Positions 30,226-41,350 of a DNA stretch of 64,000 nt are shown one piece after another. The notes beneath the pieces were generated by a model. The model made no database searches. It was not told the origin of the DNA and saw only the letters and a program-made list of their open reading frames with translations. Each line of letters begins with the position of its first letter. The stretch's first letter is position 1. The stretch is from the NCBI GenBank assembly GCA_965661505.1, contig CBFIDX010000002.1:7929-71928 (forward strand), given 5' to 3'. A program made the position numbers and the translations under genes. The stretch comes from Flavobacteriales bacterium (GTDB lineage Bacteria > Bacteroidota > Bacteroidia > Flavobacteriales > UBA7312).

Positions 30226-31095
30226 TTAGGCTTTGTTTACTAGGTAAATTCCGCCGAATATAATGCCCGTGCCTAATAGGTGATGAATCTGTATTTGTTC
30301 ACCATCAATAATGCCCCACATTATTGCGAAAACAGGGATGAGGTAAGTGACAGAAGAGGCAAAAATAGCCGTGGTTTGAGCTACCAGCTTGTTAAACAGA
30401 ACAACCGCAAATGAAGTTCCTACAATTGCTAAAAGTAAGAGGTACACTAGGCCCGACCATGCCTTGGGGTCATTATTCATGAGCTCAAAAAAATCGGTGC
30501 CGAACAAATGGATCAGGGTAGGAGGGCCCACAAAAAAGAACGCTACACCAGAAATTAAAATAGGGTTTAACTGACCTAAGTAATTCTTGATGGTGTTTAA
30601 GCTGATGGCATAACAAATGGTTGCTGCCACCACAAAACCAGCAAAATGGATGTTGTCGGTAACCAGCCCATTGCCTGCAATAAGCCAAACAGCGCCAGTA
30701 AGGCCAATCAATACGCCAATGATGTTATGTGTTTTCACTTTTGTTTTAAACACCATAACGGCAATGATTAGCGTAAATAGAGGAACCAAAGCATTTAAAA
30801 TTCCTGCCAAGGAGCTGTCGATTTGTGTTTGTGCTTTCGTAAATAGAAAGGCGGGAATGCCATTGCCAAAAATCCCTACAATGGCTAAGGGAATCCAATG
30901 CTTTTTTGCAAGCTTGCCCATTTTATTCCAAACGAAAGGCACCAACGATAACCAGGCCAAACACATGCGTAAGTCCGCCACTTGTGTGTAACTGAAAACC
31001 TCAAGTCCTCTTTTCATCAAAATAAAAGATGAACCCCAGATAAAGGCAAGAAGAAACATGATTCCGAAATTTGTGATGGATTGCTTGTTGTGCAC
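30226..31095 (-). CDS. DMT-superfamily (EamA) transporter
   Basis: 10 predicted TM helices in two EamA-like halves. 289 aa. Confidence 0.8.
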   Translation of the reverse strand: MHNKQSITNFGIMFLLAFIWGSSFILMKRGLEVFSYTQVADLRMCLAWLSLVPFVWNKMGKLAKKHWIPLAIVGIFGNGIPAFLFTKAQTQIDSSLAGILNALVPLFTLIIAVMVFKTKVKTHNIIGVLIGLTGAVWLIAGNGLVTDNIHFAGFVVAATICYAISLNTIKNYLGQLNPILISGVAFFFVGPPTLIHLFGTDFFELMNNDPKAWSGLVYLLLLAIVGTSFAVVLFNKLVAQTTAIFASSVTYLIPVFAIMWGIIDGEQIQIHHLLGTGIIFGGIYLVNKA

Positions 31096-31143
31096 CGTTA
31101 TATTTTTTGCAAAGATAAGTGAAGCTATGAAATGAATAGTCCG

Positions 31144-31151
31144 TATTTTTG
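31144..31151 (+). promoter_or_regulatory. Candidate -7 promoter box for ctaA
   Basis: TATTTTTG matches TAnnTTTG, 24 nt upstream of the ATG at 31176. No well-spaced -33 TTG seen. Confidence 0.3.
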
Positions 31152-31175
31152 TACCGCTATTTTAAGCTCAATTCT

Positions 31176-32195
31176 ATGTTAAAAACACATCCTCATAAAT
31201 ACGTAATTTATTGGTTGCTTTCGGGTTGTTTATTGATTTCTATGATGGTGATTATTGGCGGTGTAACGAGGTTAACCAATTCTGGTTTGTCCATGACCGA
31301 TTGGTCCTTGATAAGCGAGGTGGTGCCCCCTTTAAATGAAGCGGAGTGGACGGATGCTTTTGAGGAGTATAAAAAGTTTCCAGAATACCAAAAGATTAAC
31401 AAGGGGATGGAGCTGCCTGAGTTTAAAAAAATCTTTTTCTGGGAATATTTTCACCGACTGTTTGGAAGAGTAATCGGGCTGGTGTTTATTATTCCTTGCT
31501 TATTTTTCTGGATAAAAAACCGTTTTCCACAAGGCTTTAAACCCAAGATGGTCTTGATTTTCTTTTTAGGGGGTTTTCAGGGCTTTTTAGGTTGGTGGAT
31601 GGTAAAAAGCGGATTGGTAGATCGGCCAGAGGTAAGCCATTTAAGGCTGGCGGCACACCTGATTTCGGCATTTGCCCTTATATCTTATACCTTCTGGGTG
31701 ATGCTGGAGTTATATTTTGAAAAACCGCTGTCGGCTCATCCAAAATTGAATAAATGGATCAAATGGTTTTTGCCTCTTTTGGTCATTCAGATCATTTATG
31801 GAGGCTTTGTGGCCGGACTTAAAGCCGGGCTTTTGTGCCCCTCTTTCCCTAGTATGTGCAATGTGGGGCACCTATTACAAGGCAATTGGTTGGGCAATGT
31901 ACAGAGCGGAATGCCCGAGCACCTCGTTAAGTTAAATTTACAAAACATACACCGCCTATTAGCGTACCTAGTCTATTTTACTGTTGCGCTATTGGCGTAT
32001 AAAAGCAGGTCTTGGAAGCTGTCAAGCCTGGCCCAAAGCGGGGTAAACACTTTATTCCTATTGGTGAACCTTCAGTTTCTCTTGGGTGTTTTTACCCTCA
32101 TTTACGAAGTGCCCATCGCACTGGGTGTCTTGCATCAGTTTGGGGCCCTGTTGGTTTTACTCTCCTCCGTCTTTTTACTAAAAGTGTCTAAGTAA
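31176..32195 (+). CDS. ctaA: Heme A synthase (COX15/CtaA family)
   Basis: Polytopic membrane protein. 'GGVTRLTNSGLSMTDW', 'EYFHR', 'HRLLAY' with His-containing helices. Start taken at the ATG (MLKTHPHKY), because the TTG at 31149 overlaps the promoter box. Confidence 0.8.
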   Translation: MLKTHPHKYVIYWLLSGCLLISMMVIIGGVTRLTNSGLSMTDWSLISEVVPPLNEAEWTDAFEEYKKFPEYQKINKGMELPEFKKIFFWEYFHRLFGRVIGLVFIIPCLFFWIKNRFPQGFKPKMVLIFFLGGFQGFLGWWMVKSGLVDRPEVSHLRLAAHLISAFALISYTFWVMLELYFEKPLSAHPKLNKWIKWFLPLLVIQIIYGGFVAGLKAGLLCPSFPSMCNVGHLLQGNWLGNVQSGMPEHLVKLNLQNIHRLLAYLVYFTVALLAYKSRSWKLSSLAQSGVNTLFLLVNLQFLLGVFTLIYEVPIALGVLHQFGALLVLLSSVFLLKVSK

Positions 32196-32210
32196 GGGTT
32201 GGAACGATCT

Positions 32211-32320
32211 AGTATAAGAATAGTAGCTGACTGCGCGACACTTCCATGTCAAGTTACTAGAAAGTTATAGCGGGCTGCAGCCCTTGAAATTACTACTGCT
32301 TCGGCTATTATTCTTACACT
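32211..32320. other. 110-nt inverted-repeat element (candidate structured ncRNA or MITE-like repeat)
   Basis: 17-nt arms agtataagaatagtagc (32211-32227) and gctattattcttacact (32304-32320) pair with one mismatch and one wobble. Two inner hairpins: GGGCTGCAGCCC at 32272-32283 and gacac-ttcc-atgtc at 32237-32250, which has a GGAA loop on the minus strand. Confidence 0.45.
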
Positions 32321-32481
32321 CAGGGTTGGTAAGGGTAGGGGGGAGTAATTAAAGGAAGTAAATTTTTTTTCATGGATTTAATTTCAGGTTTGTAAATTTT
32401 TTTCATGACTGTTTACTAAGGTGTTTCAGTAAGTTTATATATGAACAGCAAAATTATGGTGGGTTTTTTTTATTTCAAAAA

Positions 32482-32507
32482 AAAATACTTGCACGCGCAA
32501 GTATTTT
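32482..32507 (-). terminator. Second minus-strand intrinsic terminator downstream of groEL
   Basis: 11-bp stem aaaatacttgc/gcaagtatttt with loop acgc. On the minus strand it is followed by a 9-U run (plus-strand A-run 32477-32485). Confidence 0.5.
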
Positions 32508-32605
32508 GGATTAGTTTGCTGTTTTACAAATAGATACAAGCGTCAAAAATGATTTTCGCAATTTATATACACCTGTCATTTAGCTTATTTTGCCCTTTTT
32601 TAGGC

Positions 32606-32636
32606 AAAAAAAAACCCGCTAAAAAGCGAGTTTTTT
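32606..32636 (-). terminator. Intrinsic terminator of groES-groEL
   Basis: Minus strand reads aaaaaaCTCGCtttttaGCGGGttttttttt, starting 23 nt after the groEL stop. Confidence 0.6.
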
Positions 32637-32658
32637 GAATTGTTGAGTAAAAAGTGAA

Positions 32659-34576
<1,918 letters not shown>

Positions 34577-34614
34577 TGTATAATATTTATTAGTTATCTG
34601 ATGAATCACATAGA

Positions 34615-34630
34615 AGCACAAAGCATGCCA
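34615..34630 (-). promoter_or_regulatory. Candidate sigma-54 (-24/-12) promoter upstream of groES
   Basis: Minus strand TGGCATGctttGTGCT versus consensus TGGCACG-N4-TTGCW. GG and GC are correctly spaced and 10 of 12 specified positions match. It lies about 38 nt upstream of the groES ATG. No TAnnTTTG box seen in this gap. Confidence 0.3.
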
Positions 34631-34700
34631 AACATCAGTGAGATTAATTTATCTGCCGATATTTCAGTTTTAAAAGAAATAATGGCAGTAAAGGTGTCAG

Positions 34701-35036
34701 TTATTCTTCAGTCGGTACGGGCGCTGGAAGATTAGTCGGTATTGATTGAGCTGGTATGGGTGTTTCATCTAGTTGTTCTTGTATGGCAGAATTATTAATT
34801 CCTCCATCCTCAGCTCTAGGGATGGCGAAGTTAGACATTAAAGATAAAACCAATAAGGCAATGGCTAAATACCAGGTTGCTTTCTCAAGAAAATCAGCGG
34901 TTTTTTTGACGCCCATTACTTGATTTCCTCCACCAAATGTTGCGGACAAACCTCCACCTTTAGGATTCTGTACTAATACTACAAGCACCAACAAAATACA
35001 GGTGATTACGATGAGGATAGCGAAAATTGTGTACAT
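34701..35036 (-). CDS. secG: Preprotein translocase subunit SecG
   Basis: Two TM helices flanking 'NPKGGGLSATFGGGNQVMG'. 111 aa. Confidence 0.8.
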   Translation of the reverse strand: MYTIFAILIVITCILLVLVVLVQNPKGGGLSATFGGGNQVMGVKKTADFLEKATWYLAIALLVLSLMSNFAIPRAEDGGINNSAIQEQLDETPIPAQSIPTNLPAPVPTEE

Positions 35037-35037
35037 T

Positions 35038-35745
35038 TTATTTTTGTTTAATAAGTTTGTCTACCAGTTCAATTTGGGCTGCAAAGAAAGAACTTTTTTT
35101 GGGATATTTCAAGGAAAGTTGTTTGTAGGCAATTTTAGCTTTTTCATAATGCCCTTGTTCCAGGTATACTCTGGCAAGTGTTTCCGTTACAAATGTCATT
35201 TGATCATCTAAACTTTTTTTAGCTTGAATGCTTGGAGAAAAAAAGCGTTCTTTTTCAGGTCTTGGCCTGTCTTTATTCACAAATTGCTCTATCAAATCAA
35301 TTTTACTTTCTAAGCTTTGTTTATCTGCTGTCGGCACCCTTTCAATGGGTTTTGCTTGAGATAATGCAAGCCATTCGTTAAAGGAGTGTTTTTCCTCTTT
35401 ACCGAAGGCGATGGGTTCTCCTAGCTTTAAATGATTTTTTGGTAATTTTTCGTTTGTTGTTGTGGAGGGTGCCTTCTTTCTTTTTGGAAGTTCTTTTTGT
35501 CGATTTTCACTTTCGGTTACCAAATAAAAAAGTTGAACTCTATCTGAGGCGTAAGCAGCCGTTGTTTTTAGTTGTTTGTTGTAGCTCAAGCTATTTTCGT
35601 TTTTTAACCCTAACAAATACAACAATCGAGTGCTTTGGCAATAGGGGTATTCTAAGATTAGCTTATGCAATTCATCGCATTCTTTAGCGCCTATGTTTTT
35701 AGGATTGTTCATCCACTCATGAACGATATCTCTTGAAGTTACCAA
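35038..35745 (-). CDS. Conserved hypothetical protein with one C-terminal TPR-like motif
   Basis: 'ARVYLEQGHYEKAKIAYKQLSLKYP'. Position between the lptE-like gene and secG, which I recall as a conserved Flavobacteriia arrangement. Confidence 0.4.
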   Translation of the reverse strand: MVTSRDIVHEWMNNPKNIGAKECDELHKLILEYPYCQSTRLLYLLGLKNENSLSYNKQLKTTAAYASDRVQLFYLVTESENRQKELPKRKKAPSTTTNEKLPKNHLKLGEPIAFGKEEKHSFNEWLALSQAKPIERVPTADKQSLESKIDLIEQFVNKDRPRPEKERFFSPSIQAKKSLDDQMTFVTETLARVYLEQGHYEKAKIAYKQLSLKYPKKSSFFAAQIELVDKLIKQK

Positions 35746-36236
35746 TTGGCTAATGCTTTATTGAAAATGTTTTCTGAAAGGACTTCTACAATTTCTTCGA
35801 TTAGCTCAATTTCTACACTTGAAAGATCTTGAGCGCTATCAAAATCAGCATAATGCGAAAAAGTTTGTGAAAAGTTTTGTGATTCGTCAATGGTGTTTGT
35901 GTAATTTACTTTGACGCTAATGGTTAACCTGTTTTGTGCAGCAACTTCATTGGCTTGTATGGCCATGGGCTTTACTTTGTAAGAAGTTATTTCTCCAACA
36001 AATTGTAAATCTCCATCCCTACTTACCATATCTAAATTTGTTTGTGAGGTAAGGATGTCTTTGACGCTTTCTGTAATGGTGTTGCTTAGGGAGGGTTGTA
36101 CTGTTAGGGCATTGTTCTGAAAATAAGCTACTGATACGGTTTCTGCACCATTGGGTATTGAGGCTCCTGTAAAAGAATATATACCACAGGAGGTAATAAA
36201 AATACTTAGTAGCAAACAAAGAATACTATTTTTCAT
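35739..36236 (-). CDS. LptE-like LPS-assembly lipoprotein
   Basis: Lipobox 'FITSC' followed by 'GIYSFTGAS'. Size 165 aa. Beta-rich. Confidence 0.55.
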   Translation of the reverse strand: MKNSILCLLLSIFITSCGIYSFTGASIPNGAETVSVAYFQNNALTVQPSLSNTITESVKDILTSQTNLDMVSRDGDLQFVGEITSYKVKPMAIQANEVAAQNRLTISVKVNYTNTIDESQNFSQTFSHYADFDSAQDLSSVEIELIEEIVEVLSENIFNKALANW

Positions 36237-37411
36237 TACAGCTTATATTCTTTAATTTTTCGGTAGAGTGTGCGCTCGGAAATCCCTAGTTCATCGGCGG
36301 CATCCTTTCTTCTTCCGCTATGTCTTTCAAGGGATTTAAGAATGAGTATTTTTTCGTGTTCTTGCAAGGTAAGGGTAGTATCAATGGCTTGTTGTTTTGG
36401 AGGGTTCAGCATTACCGTTGCTTTGTTATCAATCTCTTCAAAAATCTTGTGATTTATTGGACTTTCATTCTCAGCTTTATCAAAATTTCCATTCATCAAT
36501 TCGGCCGTTACTTTTTTTAACTCATTCAAGTCATTTTTCATATCAAATAAAACCTTGTAAAGTATTTCACGCTCAGAAAAATCTCCATCTTTCTGATCAT
36601 CGTTTAAAAGCATGGGCACATTGGAAGCTATTTCCGGTAGGTATTGATTGATTTTTTGAGCGCTGAGGCTTCTGTTCTGCTCAATGGCAGAAATTTGTTC
36701 CGTGATGTTTTTAAGTTGCCGAATGTTTCCGGGCCAAGGGTATGTTGCTATTAGCTCAATTGCTGACTCATCTAAGCGTATTGTCGGTATGCCGTATTTA
36801 TCTGCAAAGTCAGAAGCAAATTTTCTAAAAAGTAGATGAATGTCTTCTGCTCTTTCTCTTAAAGGAGGGATGGGAATGTGTACCGTATTTAATCTGTAGT
36901 AAAGGTCTTCTCTGAACTTGCCTTTTCGTATGGCTTTTTGAAGATCTACATTGGTAGCCGCAACCACACGTACATCAATTTTTTGTGTTTCACTCGACCC
37001 TACTTTCATAAACTCTCCACTTTCTAGCACACGCAATAAACGCACTTGTGTACTCAAAGGAAGCTCCCCAACTTCATCAAGAAAAATAGTCCCTCCATTG
37101 GCTACTTCAAAGTATCCTTTTCTACTATCGTTTGCTCCAGTAAAAGCTCCTTTTTCGTGACCAAATAGTTCGCTATCGATGGTTCCTTCTGGGATGGCAC
37201 CGCAGTTTACAGCAATGTATTTTGAATGTTTTCTGTTACTGGAATGATGTATGATTTTAGGCATGGCTTCCTTTCCTGTTCCGCTTTCGCCCGTAATCAA
37301 AACAGAAATATCGGTTGGGGCTACCTGAAGTGCAATTTCAATGGCTCTCCGTAGCTTTACAGAATTCCCAAGGATGCCAAAACGTTGTTTTATTTCATTA
37401 AGATTCATCAT
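36236..37411 (-). CDS. Sigma-54-dependent transcriptional activator (AAA+ plus Fis-type HTH, no N-terminal sensor/receiver domain)
   Basis: Walker A 'GESGTGKE' starts about 50 aa from the N-terminus. Sigma-54 contact loop 'GAFTGA'. '[11 protein letters not shown]'. C-terminal HTH '[19 protein letters not shown]'. Start ATG at 37411/37408 overlaps the miaB stop. Confidence 0.9.
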   Translation of the reverse strand: MMNLNEIKQRFGILGNSVKLRRAIEIALQVAPTDISVLITGESGTGKEAMPKIIHHSSNRKHSKYIAVNCGAIPEGTIDSELFGHEKGAFTGANDSRKGYFEVANGGTIFLDEVGELPLSTQVRLLRVLESGEFMKVGSSETQKIDVRVVAATNVDLQKAIRKGKFREDLYYRLNTVHIPIPPLRERAEDIHLLFRKFASDFADKYGIPTIRLDESAIELIATYPWPGNIRQLKNITEQISAIEQNRSLSAQKINQYLPEIASNVPMLLNDDQKDGDFSEREILYKVLFDMKNDLNELKKVTAELMNGNFDKAENESPINHKIFEEIDNKATVMLNPPKQQAIDTTLTLQEHEKILILKSLERHSGRRKDAADELGISERTLYRKIKEYKL

Positions 37412-38850
37412 GCTAAACCAATTGCATTTCCTTTTAATGTTGCTGATGTACATTCATACACCTTCACTTTAACGTACTGACCAGCTTTGTAGTTTTCTTT
37501 TGGAAAAACAATGACCGTATTTTGTGTATTTCTACCATACAAATCGTTTTCAGATTTTTTTGAAACTCCTTCAACTAATACCTTGTGCACTTTGCCTACA
37601 TGTAGTTTGTTCCGTACCAACGAATGCTTCATTTGAAGATCAATAATCTCGGTTAATCTTTTCTTTTTGATTTTTTCAGGAACATCGTCTTCTAGTTTAC
37701 GTTGGGCTTGAGTATTGGGACGTTCCGAATAATTGAACATAAATCCAAAATCATATTTCACATATTCCATTAAACTCAAAGTATCTTTGTGTTCTTGATC
37801 AGTTTCAGAACAAAAACCTGAGATAATGTCCATTGAAATGCCGCAATCAGGAATAATATTTCTGATTGCATCGATTCTGTCAATGTACCATTCTCTTGTG
37901 TAACCTCTATTCATTAAGTCCAATATTCTACTATTGCCCGACTGAACTGGAAGGTGTATGTATTTACAGATGTTCTCATACTTAGCCATGGTGTGTAACA
38001 CTTCATCCGTCATATCTTTAGGATGAGAGGTAGAAAATCGAATTCGTAATTCGGGACTCACTTGAGCAACTAAAGCTAAGAGTTGAGCAAAATTTACCGA
38101 CGCTGCTTTTTGTTGTGGGCTTAACTTATTGAAATCTTTTTTTAGTCCGCCACCCGACCAAAGATAGGAGTCCACGTTTTGACCTAATAAAGTTACTTCT
38201 TTGTATCCATCAGCAACCAGTTCTTGACACTCCCTAACGATTGTTTGCGGGTCTCTACTTCGTTCTCTTCCTCTTGTAAATGGTACCACACAAAAAGAAC
38301 ACATGTTGTCACAGCCCCTCATGATAGAAACAAAGGCAGTGATTCCATTACCTCCTAAGCGAACGGGACTGATTTCGGCATAGGTTTCTTCTTTAGAAAG
38401 GATGACGTTAACGGCCTTTCTTCCTTCATCAACTTCGTCAATAAGGTTAGGTAAATCCCTGTAAGCATCGGGTCCAACTACGATGTCAACAAGTTTTTCT
38501 TCTTCAATAAATTTCTCTTTCAAGCGCTCCGCCATACAACCTAAAACACCCACTACCATTTTTGGGTTTTGTTTTTTCTTAATGGCATTGTAAACTTTTA
38601 ATCGATTACGAACCGTTTGCTCGGCTTTTTCTCTAATGGAACAAGTGTTTACGAAAACAACATCCGCCTCCTCAATATTCGGTGTAGTGGAAAAACCTTC
38701 TTTTGTGAGAATAGAAGCTACGATTTCACTGTCAGAAAAATTCATTTGACATCCGTAGCTTTCGATATACATTTTTCTGTTATTATCGCTAACTGTTGCT
38801 TGTTTTAATGCTTCGCCTTGTCTTTTCTGATCAATTATTTTTTCTTGCAT
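37408..38850 (-). CDS. miaB: tRNA-i6A37 methylthiotransferase MiaB
   Basis: '[10 protein letters not shown]', radical-SAM '[12 protein letters not shown]', C-terminal TRAM region. Confidence 0.95.
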   Translation of the reverse strand: MQEKIIDQKRQGEALKQATVSDNNRKMYIESYGCQMNFSDSEIVASILTKEGFSTTPNIEEADVVFVNTCSIREKAEQTVRNRLKVYNAIKKKQNPKMVVGVLGCMAERLKEKFIEEEKLVDIVVGPDAYRDLPNLIDEVDEGRKAVNVILSKEETYAEISPVRLGGNGITAFVSIMRGCDNMCSFCVVPFTRGRERSRDPQTIVRECQELVADGYKEVTLLGQNVDSYLWSGGGLKKDFNKLSPQQKAASVNFAQLLALVAQVSPELRIRFSTSHPKDMTDEVLHTMAKYENICKYIHLPVQSGNSRILDLMNRGYTREWYIDRIDAIRNIIPDCGISMDIISGFCSETDQEHKDTLSLMEYVKYDFGFMFNYSERPNTQAQRKLEDDVPEKIKKKRLTEIIDLQMKHSLVRNKLHVGKVHKVLVEGVSKKSENDLYGRNTQNTVIVFPKENYKAGQYVKVKVYECTSATLKGNAIGLA

Positions 38851-38880
38851 CTACTGACTTTTCTTCGTTTCTGTGGTTGG

Positions 38881-38911
38881 CAAAAATACAAAACTACTTT
38901 TTAGCTGACAA
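38881..38911 (-). promoter_or_regulatory. Candidate Bacteroidota sigma-A promoter for the miaB operon
   Basis: Minus strand has TTG (38911-38909), N20, then TATTTTTG (38888-38881), 30 nt upstream of the miaB ATG. Confidence 0.4.
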
Positions 38912-39043
38912 TTTGGCAGAGTTTATTTTTTAAAAAAAGATTATATTATTTATAATATAAGGGTCTTAAACGCTTGTCAGTCGTTTGGAACTGGTCATTT
39001 TGTTCATTTAATTTGCACATTTATTTAAGCAAGAGGATTAGTT

Positions 39044-41350
39044 ATGGCAAAGAATTTAGTAATCGTAGAGTCACCTGCAAAAGCAAAGACAATTGAAGGT
39101 TATTTAGGTAAAGACTTTTTAGTGAAATCAAGCATAGGTCATATTCGTGATTTACCCAAAAAGGGTGGTATGGCCATAGATATTGAAAATGGATTTAAGC
39201 CCAATTATGAGGTTTCTGTTGATAAAAAACAAGTAGTTGCAGAGTTAAACAAATTAGCTAAAAAGGCGGAAACAGTTTGGTTGGCTACGGATGAGGATCG
39301 AGAAGGAGAGGCCATTGCCTGGCATTTGACTGAAGCGTTAAAGCTAGAAGAGTCTAAGATAAAACGCATTGTATTTCATGAAATTACAAAATCAGCTATC
39401 ACCAAAGCCGTTGAAAACCCTCGTTTAATCGATTATCAGTTAGTAAATGCTCAACAGGCAAGAAGGGTATTGGATCGTTTGGTTGGGTTTGAGTTGTCAC
39501 CTGTATTGTGGAGAAAAGTAAAACAGGGGTTGTCTGCGGGTCGGGTTCAGTCTGTTGCCGTGCGTTTAATAGTAGAAAGGGAGCGTGATATTCAAAATTT
39601 CACAAGCACCTCTGCCTATCGCATTACCGCCCAGTTTACAAACACCGATCAAAAACTTTTTAAAGCGGAGCTGCCTGTACGATTCAAAACAAAAGAAGAA
39701 GCCATGCTTTTTTTATCAGCATGTACCAGCTCTAGTTATTCAGTTCAATCATTAGAGAAAAAACCTGCTAAAAAGTCACCAGCAGCTCCATTTACAACTT
39801 CAACATTACAGCAAGAGGCTTCTAGAAAGCTAGGTTTTAGCGTCGGTCAAACAATGAGTGTTGCTCAGAAACTTTATGAGGCGGGAAAGATAACTTACAT
39901 GAGAACAGATAGTACCAACCTCTCTAATGAAGCCATGAGCGCTGCTGAAAAACAAATTACTTCGGCATATGGTGCAGAATTTTCTAAGCCTAGGGCGTAC
40001 ACTAAAAAATCTAAAGGTGCTCAAGAGGCTCACGAAGCGATTCGACCTACTTACATGCAGAACTCTACAGTAGATGGAGAAAGAAATCATCAACGTTTAT
40101 ATGATTTAATTTGGAAAAGAACCCTGGCCTCTCAAATGGCAGATGCACAAATTGAACGGACCACAGCCGAGATCGAAATTTCAAATAGAAATGAAAAATT
40201 GGTAGCTAAAGGGGAAATGGTGAAATTTGAAGGCTTTTTAAAGGTATATTTAGAAGGAACCGATGAGGAAGAAGAACAAAAAGGAATTTTGCCAAAATTA
40301 GAAGAAGGCGATGCGGTAAGCTTACAGCAAATGGAAGCGGTGGAGCGTTTTGCCAAGCCTAAAGCTCGTTTTACTGAGGCTAGCTTAGTTAAAAAGTTAG
40401 AAGAGTTAGGGATTGGAAGACCTTCTACTTATGCAGCTACTATCACAACTGTTCAAAACAGAGGGTATGTTGAGAAAGGACAGCGTGAAGGTGTTGAGCG
40501 TCAGTTTAATACCATGACCTTAAAAGACGGTAGTATTGTTGAGGAGGTGAAAACAGAAAAGTCTGGATCAGATAAATCCAAATTAGTTCCGACAGATATC
40601 GGAATGGTAGTAACCGATTTTTTGATTGCACATTTCAAAGAAGTAATGGATTACGGCTTCACTGCCGATGTGGAAAAAGAGTTTGATGAGATTGCTAGAG
40701 GTGAGAAAAAGTGGAACCAAATGATTGAACAATTTTATGGTACCTTTCATCAAAAAGTAGAAGAGGTTGCAGAAACCTCAGAAAGAGCTCGTGGCGAACG
40801 CTTGTTGGGTGAAGAGCCTGGAAGTGGTGAAAATGTTTACGTTAAGATTGGTCGTTTTGGTCCTATGGCACAGATTGGCGAGGCCAGTGATGAAAAAAAG
40901 CCAAGATTTGCTTCATTGCTTGCCGATCAAAGCATACAAACCATCACATTAGAGGAAACCTTGGAGCTGTTTAAGCTTCCTAGGGTGGTGGGTGAGTATG
41001 AAGAAAAAGAGGTGGTAGCTGCAATCGGACGATTTGGACCCTATTTGCGACACGATGGTAAGTTTGTATCACTAAAAAAAGGAGAAGGAGATGAGCCACT
41101 TACCATAGAGATAGATCGTGCCATTGTTTTAATCGAAAAACACCGACAAGCAGAAAGAGAACGCATTATCCATCGTTTTGATGGCGATCCACTTGTTCAG
41201 GTCTTAAATGGTCGCTATGGCCCATTTATACAGCTTGGTGAAGGAGCTCGTAAAAACAAGCAGAATGTAAAGATCCCTAAGGGTACTGATCCAACATCAT
41301 TGACTAGAGATCTTTGTTTAGAATTAGCCAAGGAACAAAAGAAAAAATAA
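39044..41350 (+). CDS. topA: DNA topoisomerase I
   Basis: Toprim 'LVIVESPAKAKTI', 'ATDEDREGEAIAWH', active-site Tyr 'ITYMRTDS'. 768 aa. Confidence 0.95.
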   Translation: MAKNLVIVESPAKAKTIEGYLGKDFLVKSSIGHIRDLPKKGGMAIDIENGFKPNYEVSVDKKQVVAELNKLAKKAETVWLATDEDREGEAIAWHLTEALKLEESKIKRIVFHEITKSAITKAVENPRLIDYQLVNAQQARRVLDRLVGFELSPVLWRKVKQGLSAGRVQSVAVRLIVERERDIQNFTSTSAYRITAQFTNTDQKLFKAELPVRFKTKEEAMLFLSACTSSSYSVQSLEKKPAKKSPAAPFTTSTLQQEASRKLGFSVGQTMSVAQKLYEAGKITYMRTDSTNLSNEAMSAAEKQITSAYGAEFSKPRAYTKKSKGAQEAHEAIRPTYMQNSTVDGERNHQRLYDLIWKRTLASQMADAQIERTTAEIEISNRNEKLVAKGEMVKFEGFLKVYLEGTDEEEEQKGILPKLEEGDAVSLQQMEAVERFAKPKARFTEASLVKKLEELGIGRPSTYAATITTVQNRGYVEKGQREGVERQFNTMTLKDGSIVEEVKTEKSGSDKSKLVPTDIGMVVTDFLIAHFKEVMDYGFTADVEKEFDEIARGEKKWNQMIEQFYGTFHQKVEEVAETSERARGERLLGEEPGSGENVYVKIGRFGPMAQIGEASDEKKPRFASLLADQSIQTITLEETLELFKLPRVVGEYEEKEVVAAIGRFGPYLRHDGKFVSLKKGEGDEPLTIEIDRAIVLIEKHRQAERERIIHRFDGDPLVQVLNGRYGPFIQLGEGARKNKQNVKIPKGTDPTSLTRDLCLELAKEQKKK

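Noticed and set aside
32195-32329. 8-nt direct repeat AGGGTTGG flanking the 110-nt inverted-repeat element, considered as a target-site duplication
   Set aside because: The spacing is asymmetric: 8 nt from the left arm and 1 nt from the right arm. An 8-mer repeat 127 nt apart can be coincidental. I kept only the MITE-versus-ncRNA ambiguity in the findings.
32323-32343. G-rich tract GGGTTGGTAAGGGTAGGGGGG, considered as a G-quadruplex
   Set aside because: It has only three clean G3 runs, and the last run has 6 G, so a fourth tract would need a zero-length loop. It does not meet the canonical G3+N1-7 x4 pattern.
32320-32406. 28-codon minus-strand ORF (MKKIYKPEIKSMKKNLLPLITPPYPYQP) spanning the gtaaattttttt-catg direct repeats
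   Set aside because: It is too short to evaluate and has no recognisable signal or lipobox. Its repeated 'MKK' simply reflects the DNA direct repeat. It needs ribosome profiling or conservation data.
38941-38960. AT-only palindrome ttatatta-ttta-taatataa in the miaB/topA divergent intergenic region, considered as an operator
   Set aside because: Low-complexity AT palindromes arise easily in AT-rich promoters. There is no second copy and no adjacent regulator to link it to.
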